From contig CAVZMH010000006.1 in assembly GCA_963776345.1 (NCBI GenBank), positions 24,288-88,287 of the forward strand: DNA of 64,000 nt, in the 5' to 3' direction. This document shows, in pieces, positions 13,208 through 23,632 of this stretch; within the stretch, counting starts at the first letter, position 1; each line of letters opens with the position of its first letter. Position numbers and translations under genes: made by a program. The notes under the pieces were generated by a model. The model was not told the origin of the DNA, searched no databases, and worked only from the letters and a program-made list of their open reading frames with translations. Origin of the DNA: an uncultured delta proteobacterium. Its GTDB lineage: Bacteria; Myxococcota; Myxococcia; Myxococcales; Myxococcaceae.

Positions 13208-13881
13208 GCCGGGGTCCGCGGGGGGCGCTCCCCGAAGATGGCCGTCCCCACCCGGACCACGGTGGCCCCCTCCTCGATGGCCACCTCGAAGTCGTGGGTG
13301 CTCCCCATCGACAGGCCGGCGAGCCCGTGCTCCCCGGCGAGGACTGCGAGGGCGCGGAAGAGTGGACGCACCTCCTCCGGGGGGGCGAGCGGGGGCATGG
13401 TCATGAGCCCGACCACCTCCAGGCCCGGGAGCGGTCGCACCGCCTGGAGGAGTGGCCCGAGAGCGCCGGGCCCGACCCCGCTCTTGGAGGCCTCGCCGGC
13501 CACGTTCACCTCCACGTAGACCAGGAGCGGCGACCCGGTGCGGCGCCGCGACAGCTCCTGGGCCACCTCCCGGCGATCGAGCGCGTGGAAGACGTGCGCC
13601 GAGCGGGCCACGTAGCGGGCCTTGTTGGTCTGCAGGGGGCCGATGGCGTGCCACCGGATCCCTGGCAGGTCCGAGAGCGCCGCCGCCTTGTCCCGGAGCT
13701 CCTGGGCGTAGTTCTCGCCGAAGGCGCGCGCCCCGGCGGCGTAGGCGGCGCGGATGGCCTCGGGCGGCTGGAGCTTGCTCACCGCCACCACCTCGACCGA
13801 GCGATCCGGACGGCCGGCGCGCGCCGCCGCGGCCCGGACCCGGTCGAGCACCGCCCTCCAGCTGGCCGCCACGTCGGTCAT
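13204..13881 (-). CDS. yggS: YggS/PLPBP pyridoxal phosphate homeostasis protein
   Basis: [46 protein letters not shown]. Confidence 0.95.
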   Translation of the reverse strand: MTDVAASWRAVLDRVRAAAARAGRPDRSVEVVAVSKLQPPEAIRAAYAAGARAFGENYAQELRDKAAALSDLPGIRWHAIGPLQTNKARYVARSAHVFHALDRREVAQELSRRRTGSPLLVYVEVNVAGEASKSGVGPGALGPLLQAVRPLPGLEVVGLMTMPPLAPPEEVRPLFRALAVLAGEHGLAGLSMGSTHDFEVAIEEGATVVRVGTAIFGERPPRTPA

Positions 13882-14453
13882 CGCCGCTCCCACGGCAGGG
13901 TGTACCCGGCCTCGCGGAGGAGCGCGAGCGTCTCCACCAGCGGCAGCCCGACCACCGCGCTGTGGGAGCCCTCGATGCGCTCCACCAGGAAGCCGCCGAC
14001 GCCCTGCACGGCGTAGGCCCCGGCCTTGTCCATCGGCTCCCCGGTCGAGACGTACCAGCGCAGCGCGGAGTCCGTCGCCTGGGCGAACGTGACGGAGGCG
14101 GTCACCAGACGCTCGCCGGCGCCCGCCACCGCGACCGCGGTCAGGACCTCATGGCTTCGGCCGGCCAGGGCGCGGAGCATCGCCAGCGCCTCGTCGGCGG
14201 TTCCGGGCTTGCCCAGCACCGCGCCGTCCAGGACCACGCTGGTGTCCGCGGCGAGGACCGTGGCGGCCGGGTGACGCACGCGCACCGCCTCGGCCTTGTC
14301 GCGGGCGAGCCGCAGCACGTAGGCCGCGGCCGGCTCACCTGGCCGGACGGCCTCGTCCAGGTGGGCCGGGTCGACGCGGAGTGGAATCCCGAGCTGCTCG
14401 AGCAGCGCCCGGCGCCGCGGGCTTGCCGAGGCGAGGACCAGTGAGGGAGGCAT
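13878..14453 (-). CDS. maf: Maf family nucleoside triphosphate pyrophosphatase
   Basis: [38 protein letters not shown]. Confidence 0.95.
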   Translation of the reverse strand: MPPSLVLASASPRRRALLEQLGIPLRVDPAHLDEAVRPGEPAAAYVLRLARDKAEAVRVRHPAATVLAADTSVVLDGAVLGKPGTADEALAMLRALAGRSHEVLTAVAVAGAGERLVTASVTFAQATDSALRWYVSTGEPMDKAGAYAVQGVGGFLVERIEGSHSAVVGLPLVETLALLREAGYTLPWERR

Positions 14454-14521
14454 GATCGACCCACCCTCTAGCCAAACGGCGGTTGACCTGCCACGGCGGC
14501 CCTGCCCATCGTGCCTACACC

Positions 14522-15568
14522 ATGAGGGCCACCGACCTGCTCACAGCGCTGCGCCGAACGGTGGAGCAGCTCGCCGCCTTCAACGAGCTGGCCAAGGCCC
14601 TGACCTCCACGCTCGAGTCCCGCGAGGTGCTGGGGCTGGTGATGCAGAAGGTCTCCGCGCTCCTCCGCCCGGCCAACTGGTCGCTGCTCCTGCACGACGA
14701 GACCACCGACAGCCTCTACTTCGAGATCGCCGTCGGGGCGGGGTCCGACCGGCTCCGGAACGAGCGCATCGCGGTGGGGGAGGGCATCGCCGGCACCGCG
14801 TTCCGCACCGGGAAGCCGCGCCTGGTGGACGACGTGCGGAGCGCCCCGGACTTCTCACCCCGCTTCGACGCCGTGACCGACTTCCGGACCGGCTCGGTGC
14901 TCGCCGTCCCCCTGATGTTCCGCGGCCGGGCGCTGGGGATCATCGAGCTGGTGAACGGAGAGGGCGATCCGCGCTTCGGCGAGGAGGACCTGGCGGCGGT
15001 GATGGCCATCGCCGACTTCGCCGCCATCGCCATCCAGAACGCCCGCGACTTCCAGCGGGTCCAGGAGCTCACCCTGGTGGACGAGCACACCGGCCTGGGC
15101 AATGTCCGCTCGCTCCGGAAGCAGCTCGACGCCGAGGTGACCCGCGCCCGGAGCCTCGGGCACCCGCTCACGCTCCTCTTCCTCGACCTGGACCACTTCA
15201 AGACGGTGAACGACACCCACGGGCACCTGGTGGGGAGCGCGCTGCTGCGCGAGGTGGGCGGCCTCTTGCGAGAGGAGCTCCGGCCGGTGGACGCGGCATT
15301 CCGCTACGGCGGGGACGAGTTCGCGGTGATGCTGGTCGAGGTCGATGCGCGCAGCGCGGTCGGCACCGCGGAGCGAATCCTCGGCCGGTTCCGCGCCCAC
15401 CGCTTCGGCCGCGCCTCGGGCCTGGACCTCCGGGTGACCGCGAGCGTGGGCATCGCGGCCTGCCCCGACCACGCGGCGCACGCCACCGAGCTCATCGAGG
15501 CCGCCGACCGGGCGATGTACCTGGTCAAGGCGCGCGGGCGGGACGGGCTCGCCGTCGCCGCCAGCTAG
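14522..15568 (+). CDS. GAF-GGDEF diguanylate cyclase
   Basis: GAF (GEGIAG...SVLAVPL); [22 protein letters not shown]-site RPVD five residues before GGDEF. Confidence 0.93.
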   Translation: MRATDLLTALRRTVEQLAAFNELAKALTSTLESREVLGLVMQKVSALLRPANWSLLLHDETTDSLYFEIAVGAGSDRLRNERIAVGEGIAGTAFRTGKPRLVDDVRSAPDFSPRFDAVTDFRTGSVLAVPLMFRGRALGIIELVNGEGDPRFGEEDLAAVMAIADFAAIAIQNARDFQRVQELTLVDEHTGLGNVRSLRKQLDAEVTRARSLGHPLTLLFLDLDHFKTVNDTHGHLVGSALLREVGGLLREELRPVDAAFRYGGDEFAVMLVEVDARSAVGTAERILGRFRAHRFGRASGLDLRVTASVGIAACPDHAAHATELIEAADRAMYLVKARGRDGLAVAAS

Positions 15569-15583
15569 GCTCTCGCAGCCTTC

Positions 15584-17152
15584 TCAGCCCTCGGCGGCGG
15601 GGGCGATGAGCTCCTCGTTCTTGACGATGCTCGCCGACTTCTTGAGCGCCGCCACGTACGATTCCTGGAGCTCCCCCTGGCGCTGGCGGAGCGCTTCCTC
15701 GCGGAGCGCGACCTTCTTCGCCAGCCAGGCGGCGTCGTCCGCCTTCTCCCGGGCGGTCACCTCGGCCACCACCAAGGCGTCCCCGGCCCGGTAGGTGCCG
15801 GGGAGCAGGCCCGGCCTCTCCGCGGCGAAGGCGGCGGCCTGCAGCTCCGGCGCCGGCCCGAGGCGGGGGATGGACGAGGCGCTCCGGGGGAAGCTCCCGG
15901 TGTCCACCGCGCGGGGCTTCTCGCCGGCCTCGACCGACTGGGCGTCGGCGTCCTTCTTGTCCGGGAACTGGGTCGCCAGCGAGGCGCCCTTCTGCAGCGC
16001 GGCGGCGGCCTTCTTCGCGTCGGCCTCGGCGAGCACCGCGGCGCGCTGGCGCTTCACCAGGATCTCGGCGATCTCGTTCGAGACCGAGGCCAGCGGCTTC
16101 TCCTCCGCGGGCTTCTTCTCCTCGACCTGGACGAGGTGCCAGCCGAAGGGCGTCAGCACCGGCTCGGACAGCTCGCCCACCTTGAGGTTGAACGCAGCCT
16201 GGGCGAACGCCGGGACGAAGGTGCTCCGCTCGTTCCAGCCCAGCTCACCGCCCTTCGCCTTGCTCCCCGGGTCGTCCGAGGACTCCCTGGCCACCTCGGC
16301 GAAGTCCTTCCCGCCCTGGATCTCCTTGCGGAGCGCGAGCGCCTTGTCGTTCGCGGCGGTCTTGTCCGCGTCCGAGGGGTTGCGGTCCATCCGGACGAGG
16401 ATGTGGCGCACCCGGACCTGCTCGCCCTTGGAGTAGGTGTGCTTGTTGGCCTGATAGTAGGCGGCGATCTCCGGACCGTGCGTCTTCTCCCAGGCCGACA
16501 CCTCGGCCGGGGTGGGCTGCTTGATCTTCCCGGCGTAGGCCGCGGGGTCGAAGCGGACCACCGAGAGGCTCACCGTGTCGCCCTCGCGCTGGAACCGGGC
16601 CCGGACCTCGTCCTCGGAGACCTCGACGGTGTCGGACACCAGCGCCAGGAGCCGCCCGGCCGCGAGCCGCCTCCGCAGCCCGGACTCGTAGTCGGGCGGG
16701 GTCTTGCGGAGGTAGGTCTGGAGCACCTGGGTGTAGGTCTCCGGGTCGAACTGGCCGTCCTTCTGGAAGCTCGGGTCCTTGCGGAGGTAGTCGAGCAGGT
16801 CGGTGTCCGACACGGTGATGCCGTGCGCCTCGGCGGCCTGCTGGAGCAGCTCGGCGGTGATGAGCTCGTCCAGCACCCGGCCCGGGATGCCGAACTGGCG
16901 GGCCAGGGCCTCCGGGAGGTCCCCTCCGCCACTGCGCTGCCGGAGCGCGTCGAGCCGGAGGGCGTAGGCCCGGCGGAAGTCGGCGAGGGAGATCTCCTGC
17001 CCGTTCACCCGGGCCGCCGCGTCCTTCACCGAGGGAGCGAGCGGCGCGTTGCAGCCGCGGCTCCCCGGTCCGAACTGGAGGACGAAGACCAGGGCGATGG
17101 CCAAGATGAAGAGGTAGGAGAAGAAGCGGCGGGCGTCGAATCCGGAGCTCAT
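15584..17152 (-). CDS. SurA-N/parvulin PPIase (PpiD-like periplasmic chaperone)
   Basis: N-terminal TM, VNGQEIS SurA-N region, parvulin motifs VRHILV, FAEVARESSDDPGS...GGELGW, TPFGWHLV. Confidence 0.9.
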   Translation of the reverse strand: MSSGFDARRFFSYLFILAIALVFVLQFGPGSRGCNAPLAPSVKDAAARVNGQEISLADFRRAYALRLDALRQRSGGGDLPEALARQFGIPGRVLDELITAELLQQAAEAHGITVSDTDLLDYLRKDPSFQKDGQFDPETYTQVLQTYLRKTPPDYESGLRRRLAAGRLLALVSDTVEVSEDEVRARFQREGDTVSLSVVRFDPAAYAGKIKQPTPAEVSAWEKTHGPEIAAYYQANKHTYSKGEQVRVRHILVRMDRNPSDADKTAANDKALALRKEIQGGKDFAEVARESSDDPGSKAKGGELGWNERSTFVPAFAQAAFNLKVGELSEPVLTPFGWHLVQVEEKKPAEEKPLASVSNEIAEILVKRQRAAVLAEADAKKAAAALQKGASLATQFPDKKDADAQSVEAGEKPRAVDTGSFPRSASSIPRLGPAPELQAAAFAAERPGLLPGTYRAGDALVVAEVTAREKADDAAWLAKKVALREEALRQRQGELQESYVAALKKSASIVKNEELIAPAAEG

Positions 17153-17214
17153 CGGCGTGTCTTGGGGAGGCTCGCCCGGGGCGGCAAGCGGCCAGCCGGC
17201 CCCGGGAAGCGTCC

Positions 17215-17244
17215 TTGACCCTCTAGGGGACGGACTGTGAAAAT
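17215..17244 (+). promoter_or_regulatory. candidate sigma70 promoter of the mreC operon
   Basis: TTGACC-N18-GAAAAT with TGn extension in an AT-richer intergenic patch about 40 bp upstream of mreC. Confidence 0.4.
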
Positions 17245-17284
17245 ACAAGCGCTTCTGCAGCAATGAGAAGGACCCCCCGACCCA

Positions 17285-18148
17285 GTGCTGTCCTTCGTCC
17301 GGCGTCACCGTGAGCCACTGCTGGTGTGCATCATCCTCGCGCACGCGCTGGGGATGTTCCTCGGCTCGAGCCGCCGGGTGCGCGAGCCCAACCTCGTCGA
17401 CCGGGTGGCGCTGGCGGTGACCGCGCCGGTGCAGCGGGCCGCGGTGGCCGCCGTCGACGGGGCGGTGAATGCGTGGCAGCAGTACGTCTCGCTCCGCAGC
17501 GTGCGCCGGGAGACCGCGCAGCTCCTGGAGGAGAACGCCAAGCTCCGCGCCGACGTGGTGGGGCTCGCCGAGGCCCGCGCGGAGAACGAGCGGCTGCGGC
17601 GGCTGGTCCACTACGACGAGACCAGCCCCGGACCCAAGGTCGTGGCCCGGGTGCTGGGCATCAACCCCGATCCGAACCGGCTCACCCTGCGCATCGATCG
17701 CGGCGAGGGCGACGGCGTGCGGCGCGGGCAGGCGGTGGTGACGGCGGACGGCGTGGTGGGGCAGGTGCTGCGGGCGACCGCCAGCGCCGCGGACGTGCTG
17801 GTGGTCTTCGACTCCAACTCCCGGCTGGGCGGCCGGATCCAGCGCACCCGCGCCCGGGTGGGCATCTCCGGCGCGGGAGACGACCAGCCGCTGAAGCTCG
17901 AGTACCTCCTGCGCACCGAGGACCTGGAGGAGGGCGACCTGGTCGTCACCTCGGGCACCGACGGCGTCTACCCGCCGGGCCTGGTGGTCGGCCGGGTGAC
18001 CTCCGTGCAGCGGCAGACCAGCGGGATGTTCCTCAACGCGGGCATCCTCCCGGCGGTGAACTTCACCAAGGCGGAGGAGGTGGTGGTGCTCGCGCCGCAG
18101 CCCGCCGCGTCGTTCCCCACTCGCACCGGGAGCGAGGGCCGCCGATGA
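17285..18148 (+). CDS. mreC: rod shape-determining protein MreC
   Basis: TM plus coiled coil (ENERLRRL), IDRGEGDGV, GVVGQV, VVTSGTDGVYPPGLVVG; operon context. Confidence 0.95.
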   Translation: MLSFVRRHREPLLVCIILAHALGMFLGSSRRVREPNLVDRVALAVTAPVQRAAVAAVDGAVNAWQQYVSLRSVRRETAQLLEENAKLRADVVGLAEARAENERLRRLVHYDETSPGPKVVARVLGINPDPNRLTLRIDRGEGDGVRRGQAVVTADGVVGQVLRATASAADVLVVFDSNSRLGGRIQRTRARVGISGAGDDQPLKLEYLLRTEDLEEGDLVVTSGTDGVYPPGLVVGRVTSVQRQTSGMFLNAGILPAVNFTKAEEVVVLAPQPAASFPTRTGSEGRR

Positions 18149-18660
18149 ATGCGTTCGTCCGGCTGGCCGTGACGCTGCTGCTGACGCTGCTCTTCCTCGC
18201 CCTGGAGTCGGTGGCGGTGAAGTACGTGGGCCTGGGCGTCTCGCGGATCGACGTGACGGTGGCCATCGTCGCCTTCCTCTCGCTCCGCGCGGGGCTGCTC
18301 GAGGGGGCGCTCGCCTCGTACGCGGTGGGGTACCTCCTGGACCTCATGAGCGGCCGCCCCACCGGGCTCTACACGCTGCTGGCGGTCATCACCTTTCTGC
18401 TCGGCCGCATCGCCGCCTCGCTGGTGGACGTGCGGACCGGCCGCTCCTTCGCGCTCTTCGCCATGGCCGCGGATGCCACGCACGGCCTGCTGGCCTGGGG
18501 CATCAGCGGGGTGAGCAGCAAGCAGATGGCCCTCTCGGGACTCTCGGGGCTGCCGCTGGAGGTCCTGCTCACCGGCGTCGCGGCCCTGTTCCTCCACCCG
18601 CTGCTCAAGCGCTTCGGCCTCGGCGCCGAGAGGCGTGACCCGGGGCTGCTGCCCTCATGA
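18145..18660 (+). CDS. mreD: rod shape-determining protein MreD
   Basis: Hydrophobic 171-aa ORF (GYLLDLMSG) between mreC and mrdA with ATGA overlaps. Confidence 0.85.
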   Translation: MNAFVRLAVTLLLTLLFLALESVAVKYVGLGVSRIDVTVAIVAFLSLRAGLLEGALASYAVGYLLDLMSGRPTGLYTLLAVITFLLGRIAASLVDVRTGRSFALFAMAADATHGLLAWGISGVSSKQMALSGLSGLPLEVLLTGVAALFLHPLLKRFGLGAERRDPGLLPS

Positions 18661-20693
18661 CGCTCGGCCAGAACAGCGCGGGCAAGGACCTCAAGGCGCG
18701 CTACCTGTGGCTCGGCCTGGTGATGGTGGGCGGGCTCCTGCTGCTCGCCGGCCGGCTGTACCGGCTGCAGATCGCCCGCGGCGACGAGTACGCGGCCAAG
18801 TCGGTCGCCAACTTCGTCAAGGAGATCCGGGTCAAGGCCGACCGGGGCATCATCAAGGACCGGCGGGGGGAGATCCTGGTCGACAGCCGGCCCTCGTTCG
18901 ACGTCTTCATCACCCCCGCGTTCTGCGAGCGCTGCTCCGAGGAGGTGCTCCCGCGGCTCGCCGGCATGCTCTCCTGGGACGAGGAGCAAGGGAAGCACGT
19001 GGAGCAGCTGCTCCGGGTGGCGAGGCGCAGCGCGCCCTTCCAGCCGGTCCCGGTGCAGCTGGACCTGAACCGCGACGAGCTGGACACGCTCAACGCCCAC
19101 AAGCTCGAGCTGCCGGGCGTGGACTGGCCGGCGGTCCCGCACCGCAACTACCGGACCGGCACCGTGCTGCCCCACGTGGTGGGGTACATGAACGAGATCA
19201 CCCAGGACGAGCTGGAGCGGCTCAACTCGGAAGGGGAGGGCTACGCCCTCGGCGACTTCATCGGCCGGCGCGGGGTGGAGCGCTTCTTCGAGCGCCGCCT
19301 CCGGGGCAAGGACGGGAGCCGCAAGGAGGTGGTCAACGCCCGGGGCGAGACCATCCAGGAGCTGAACGACCTCATCACCGGCGAGGCCACCGTGGCCAGC
19401 GCGCCCGGCGACAACGTGGTGCTCAGCATCGACATGCGGCTGCAGGCCGCGGCGGAGAAGGCCTTCCTTGGCACCGCCGGCGCGGTGGTGGCGATGGACG
19501 TCCGCTCCGGCTTCATCCTGGCCATGGTCTCGCGGCCGGGCTTCGACCCGAACGTGCTCACCGGCCGGGTGACGCCGGCGCAGCTCGCGGCGATGAACAA
19601 GGACCCGCTGCAGCCGATGATCTTCCGCCCGGCGCAGCAGCACTACAGCCCCGGCTCGACCTTCAAGCCGGTGAGCATGCTCGCTGCGCTGGAGAGCAAG
19701 AGCTTCTCGCCCCACAGCACGGTGAGCTGCGGCGGCGGCTACCGGCTCGGGGCGCGGCTCTGGCGCTGTCACAAGGACTCGGGCCACGGCCTGGTGGACG
19801 CCCGGCGCGCGCTGCAGTGGTCGTGCGACACCTGGTTCTACAGGGTGGCGGACACGCTGGGCCTGGACCCCATCGCCGCGATGGGCCGGAGCTTCGGCCT
19901 CGGCGCGCCCACCGGCGTGGGCGTGGTGGCCGAGGTGCCGGGCATCATGCCGGACAGCGCGTACCACGACCGGGTCACGCCGGGCGGGTACACCAAGGGG
20001 TTGGCGCTGAACAGCGTCATCGGACAGGGCGACGTGAACGTGACGCCGCTGCAGCTCACCATGGCCTACGCCACGGTGGCCAACGGCGGACACCTCTACC
20101 GGCCGCAGCTGGTGCGCCGGCTGGAGACGTCGGACGGGCGGACTCTCCAGGAATACCAGCCGGAGGTCGTCCGCGAGCTCGACCTCGACCCGGACGCTCA
20201 GCGCCTCGTGGTGGACGCGCTCACCGCGGTGGTCAACGAGCCGGGCGGCACCGCCTACCGGTCGCGGCTTCCGGAGGTGAGGATCGCCGGGAAGACGGGC
20301 ACCGCGCAGGTGGTCGCGGTCGGCAAGACGCGCCTCAAGAAGGAGGCGATGACCTTCTGGCAGCGCGACCACGCCTGGTTCGCCTCGTTCGCCCCGGCGG
20401 AGGATCCGGAGATCGCGGTGGTGGTGCTCAACGAGCACGGCGGCCATGGCGGCAACGAGGCGGCGCCCGCCGCCGCGGCGGTGATCAAGAAGTACTTCGA
20501 GCTCAAGCGCGAGGACGCCAGCGCCACCATCGCCGCCTCGACCGGGCTCCCGGTCATGCCGGTGCGCCCGGCGCCTCCGCCCCCGGCGCCGCGGTCGGCT
20601 CCGCCCCCGCTCCTGGAGGAGCTGCCTCCGGGCCCGGCGGCCGCGCCGTCGGTGGCCCAGGTGCCGGTGAACCCCTCGGGGGGGACACGCTGA
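18657..20693 (+). CDS. mrdA: penicillin-binding protein 2
   Basis: RGIIKDRRG, PGSTFK (SxxK), SCD (SxD), GKTGTAQ, DHAWF. Confidence 0.96.
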   Translation: MTLGQNSAGKDLKARYLWLGLVMVGGLLLLAGRLYRLQIARGDEYAAKSVANFVKEIRVKADRGIIKDRRGEILVDSRPSFDVFITPAFCERCSEEVLPRLAGMLSWDEEQGKHVEQLLRVARRSAPFQPVPVQLDLNRDELDTLNAHKLELPGVDWPAVPHRNYRTGTVLPHVVGYMNEITQDELERLNSEGEGYALGDFIGRRGVERFFERRLRGKDGSRKEVVNARGETIQELNDLITGEATVASAPGDNVVLSIDMRLQAAAEKAFLGTAGAVVAMDVRSGFILAMVSRPGFDPNVLTGRVTPAQLAAMNKDPLQPMIFRPAQQHYSPGSTFKPVSMLAALESKSFSPHSTVSCGGGYRLGARLWRCHKDSGHGLVDARRALQWSCDTWFYRVADTLGLDPIAAMGRSFGLGAPTGVGVVAEVPGIMPDSAYHDRVTPGGYTKGLALNSVIGQGDVNVTPLQLTMAYATVANGGHLYRPQLVRRLETSDGRTLQEYQPEVVRELDLDPDAQRLVVDALTAVVNEPGGTAYRSRLPEVRIAGKTGTAQVVAVGKTRLKKEAMTFWQRDHAWFASFAPAEDPEIAVVVLNEHGGHGGNEAAPAAAAVIKKYFELKREDASATIAASTGLPVMPVRPAPPPPAPRSAPPPLLEELPPGPAAAPSVAQVPVNPSGGTR

Positions 20694-21838
20694 TGCTGCT
20701 GCGCATCGAGCGCCGGATGGTGCTGAAGATCCCCTGGGGGCTGGTGGCGGTGACGGTGGCCATCGCGCTCCTCGGGATCTGGAACCTGGCCTCGGCGTCG
20801 CGGCCGCCGCACACCCCCCTCTGGGCGCGGCAGCTCCTGAACCTCGGGGTGGGGGTGGCTGCCGGGATCGGCGTCTGCCTGATCGACTACCGCTTCATCC
20901 AGCGAATGGCCTGGCCGATCTACGGGGCGAACGCCGCGGCGCTGATGGCGCTCAAGATCGTGGGCCACCGGGCGAAGGGCGAGGCGAGCTGGTTCGCCCT
21001 CGGCCCGCTGAGGATCGAGCCAGCGGAGTTCATGAAGCTCGCGCTGATCATCGCGCTTGCCCGCTTCTTCCACGACGACTACCGGGAGGGCGAGGAGCCC
21101 TACGGCCCGGTGCGGCTGTGGAAGCCGCTGCTGCTCGCCCTCTTCGCCGCGGGGCTGGTGCTGCCGGACCTCGGCAACACGATGATGCTCCTCCTCACCG
21201 CCTGCACCATCCTGGTGTTCTCGCGGCTGCGGCTGTGGGTGATCGGCGTGGGGATGGCCGCTCTGCTCGCGGTCTCGCTGGTCATCTGGAACGACTACGT
21301 GCGCGACCCGGCCGACGGGCACCGGACGGTCATCCGGCAGGTGCTGAAGCGGCACCAGAGCCAGCGCATCGCGGGGTGGCTCTCGCCCGAGTCGGACCTC
21401 CGGGGCTCCGGCTACCACGCCGCGCAGTCGAAGATCGCCGTGGGCTCGGGCGGGCTTCTGGGGAAGGGCTGGCGGCAGGGGACGCAGACCGGGCTCTTCT
21501 TCCTCCCCGAGCAGCACACCGATTTCATCTTCTCGGTCTGGGCGGAGGAGCACGGCTTCCTCGCCTCGCTGCTCCTGCTGGGGCTGTACGGGCTGATCTT
21601 CGCCTTCGCCCTGGGGGTGGCGATGCAGGCCCGGGACCGCTTCGGGGCGTTCGTGGCGGTGGGCGTGGCGGCGATGATCTTCTGGCAGGTGTTCGAGAAC
21701 ATCGGGATGGTGGTGGGCCTGCTCCCGGTGACCGGGATCACCCTGCCGCTGATGAGCTACGGCGGCTCGTCGATGCTCAGCGTGCTCCTGTCGCTGGGGC
21801 TCCTGGCGAGCATCGCCATGCGACGGCACATGTTCTGA
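20693..21838 (+). CDS. rodA: SEDS glycosyltransferase RodA
   Basis: EPAEFMK, PDLG, QSKIAVGSGG, LPEQHTDFIF, GITLPLMSYGGSS. Confidence 0.96.
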   Translation: MLLRIERRMVLKIPWGLVAVTVAIALLGIWNLASASRPPHTPLWARQLLNLGVGVAAGIGVCLIDYRFIQRMAWPIYGANAAALMALKIVGHRAKGEASWFALGPLRIEPAEFMKLALIIALARFFHDDYREGEEPYGPVRLWKPLLLALFAAGLVLPDLGNTMMLLLTACTILVFSRLRLWVIGVGMAALLAVSLVIWNDYVRDPADGHRTVIRQVLKRHQSQRIAGWLSPESDLRGSGYHAAQSKIAVGSGGLLGKGWRQGTQTGLFFLPEQHTDFIFSVWAEEHGFLASLLLLGLYGLIFAFALGVAMQARDRFGAFVAVGVAAMIFWQVFENIGMVVGLLPVTGITLPLMSYGGSSMLSVLLSLGLLASIAMRRHMF

Positions 21839-21959
21839 GGCGCCGGGCTGGCGCATCTTGCGGTGGCTGCAGCGCCGGTCACCTTGGCAGACTGTGCTGG
21901 CGCGGGACCGCGCGACTCGAGCACCCTGGTCAGTCCATCGCTTCACCGGAGGTTTCGCC

Positions 21960-23105
21960 TTGAGGGCCGAGCCGATCGCCGTCGCGCCGATTCCCGTCGC
22001 GGTCCCCGCCGAGTCGGGCCGGCAGCTTCCCTTCGACTGGCTCCGGGGGCTGGTGATGGTGCTGATGACCATCGACCACGCCTCGGGCGAGTTCAACGCC
22101 GGACGGCTCTTCACCGACGCCACCTTCCTCTACCGTCCGGGCACGGCCCTCCCGCTGGACCAGTTCCTGACCCGGTGGATCACCCACCTCTGCGCGCCGA
22201 CCTTCGTGTTCCTGGCGGGCTACGTGATGCAACTGAGTGTGCGGAGGCGGGTCGAGCAGGGTGAGTCGCAGGGCAGCATCACCCGGTTCATCGTCACCCG
22301 GGGGCTGATCATCGCCGCGCTGGACCCGCTGTGGATGAGGCTGATCTTCCGTCCGCCCGGCGGGGGCATCGTGCTTCAGGTCCTGTACGCCATCGGGATG
22401 AGCTTCGTGGTGATGGCGTTCCTGCGCCGGATCCCCGCGCTCACCATCGGCGTCCTCGGGCTGGTGCTGGCGTTCGCCTCCGAGCCGCTCCGGGCGCTGG
22501 TGCCGGCGACGGGCCCGGTCCACGTGGTGGCCACCTTCCTCCTGGGGGCAGGGCCGGTCGGCCCGTTCCTGGTGGGCTACCCGCTGATCCCCTGGCTGGC
22601 GATCATGATGATGGGGTGGGGCGCGGCCGAGCTCGCGCGCTCGGCGCCGTCGCGCCTTCCGGGGCGGGCGGCGCTCGCCGGGCTCGTGGCCCTGGCGCTG
22701 TTCTTCCTCGTCCGGGGGCTGAACGGGTGGGGGAACATGGGGCTCTTCCGCGAGGACGGCTCGCTGGTGCAGTGGCTGCACGTCTCCAAGTACCCGCCCT
22801 CGGTCGCGTACGACGGCCTCGAGCTGGGCATCGGCTGGCTGCTCCTGGCGCTGTTCCTGCTGTGGCGGCCACCGGCCTGGGCGGACGCGGTGCTGCGGCC
22901 GCTGGGGCAGAGCGCGTTCTTCTTCTACCTCCTGCACGCCCACCTGCTCGGCGCGGCGTCGGTCGTGCTCGGGATGCACGGCCGCGCGGGGCTGGTGGCG
23001 ACGTACGTCTCGACCGCGGTGGTCATCGCGGTGCTCGTGCCGGCCTGCAACGCGTACCGGCGCTACAAGCTGGCGCACCCGAAGAGCATCGCCCAGTACA
23101 TCTGA
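21960..23105 (+). CDS. DUF1624/HGSNAT-like membrane acyltransferase
   Basis: DWLRGLVMVLMTIDH, TRWITHLCAPTFVFLAG, SKYPPS, FFYLLH; TTG start after GGAGG. Confidence 0.82.
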   Translation: MRAEPIAVAPIPVAVPAESGRQLPFDWLRGLVMVLMTIDHASGEFNAGRLFTDATFLYRPGTALPLDQFLTRWITHLCAPTFVFLAGYVMQLSVRRRVEQGESQGSITRFIVTRGLIIAALDPLWMRLIFRPPGGGIVLQVLYAIGMSFVVMAFLRRIPALTIGVLGLVLAFASEPLRALVPATGPVHVVATFLLGAGPVGPFLVGYPLIPWLAIMMMGWGAAELARSAPSRLPGRAALAGLVALALFFLVRGLNGWGNMGLFREDGSLVQWLHVSKYPPSVAYDGLELGIGWLLLALFLLWRPPAWADAVLRPLGQSAFFFYLLHAHLLGAASVVLGMHGRAGLVATYVSTAVVIAVLVPACNAYRRYKLAHPKSIAQYI

Positions 23106-23168
23106 TCCGACGCCCTCGGGGCCAGAAGCCGGCCCTCGTCAACTTGGGGATCTTCGTCGTCGCGATCA

Positions 23169-23579
23169 TCACGCCCGGCGCTCGATCGCCCGGTCGAGGC
23201 CGAGGATGACTAGGTTCTGCCGCGTGAGCTCGAAGACCCGAGGGTCGAGCTCGAACGCCAGGCCCTCCGACGCCGGCACGTGCCTCAGGGTCCAGGACAG
23301 GGTGTTGCACGAGCCGGCGAAGGGGTCGATGGCCAGGTGCCGCGCCATCGGTGAGAGCCGCTGCACCCTCGCCGCAAGATCCCGCCCGATGAGGTCGGCC
23401 AGCCCGTCCCGGGTGCACTCCACGGCCGTCCGGCCGAGCAGCCGGACCCCCCGGCAGTACCACTCCCGGGGCGGCAGTCCGTAGAGTGACACGTAGTCTG
23501 CATCGCCGAAGGAATCCCGCCCGTACTGCTCCACCTCGGCCAGCGTCAGCACCTGGTTGCGCTTGGCGCCATGGAGCAC
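23169..23579 (-). pseudogene. truncated SAM-dependent methyltransferase-like fragment
   Basis: AIDPFAGSCNT (motif I) and GLAFELDPRVF (motif II); the ORF stops about 20 aa later, too short for a full Rossmann MTase; no clear RBS. Confidence 0.55.
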
Positions 23580-23632
23580 GGCCCGCCAACCAACCGGATA
23601 CGTCGCGAGGAGCGTACGCCGGAATCCCGGCT

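Noticed and set aside
17285..21838. mreB missing from the mre/mrd operon
   Set aside because: An unlinked mreB is, to my knowledge, normal in myxobacteria
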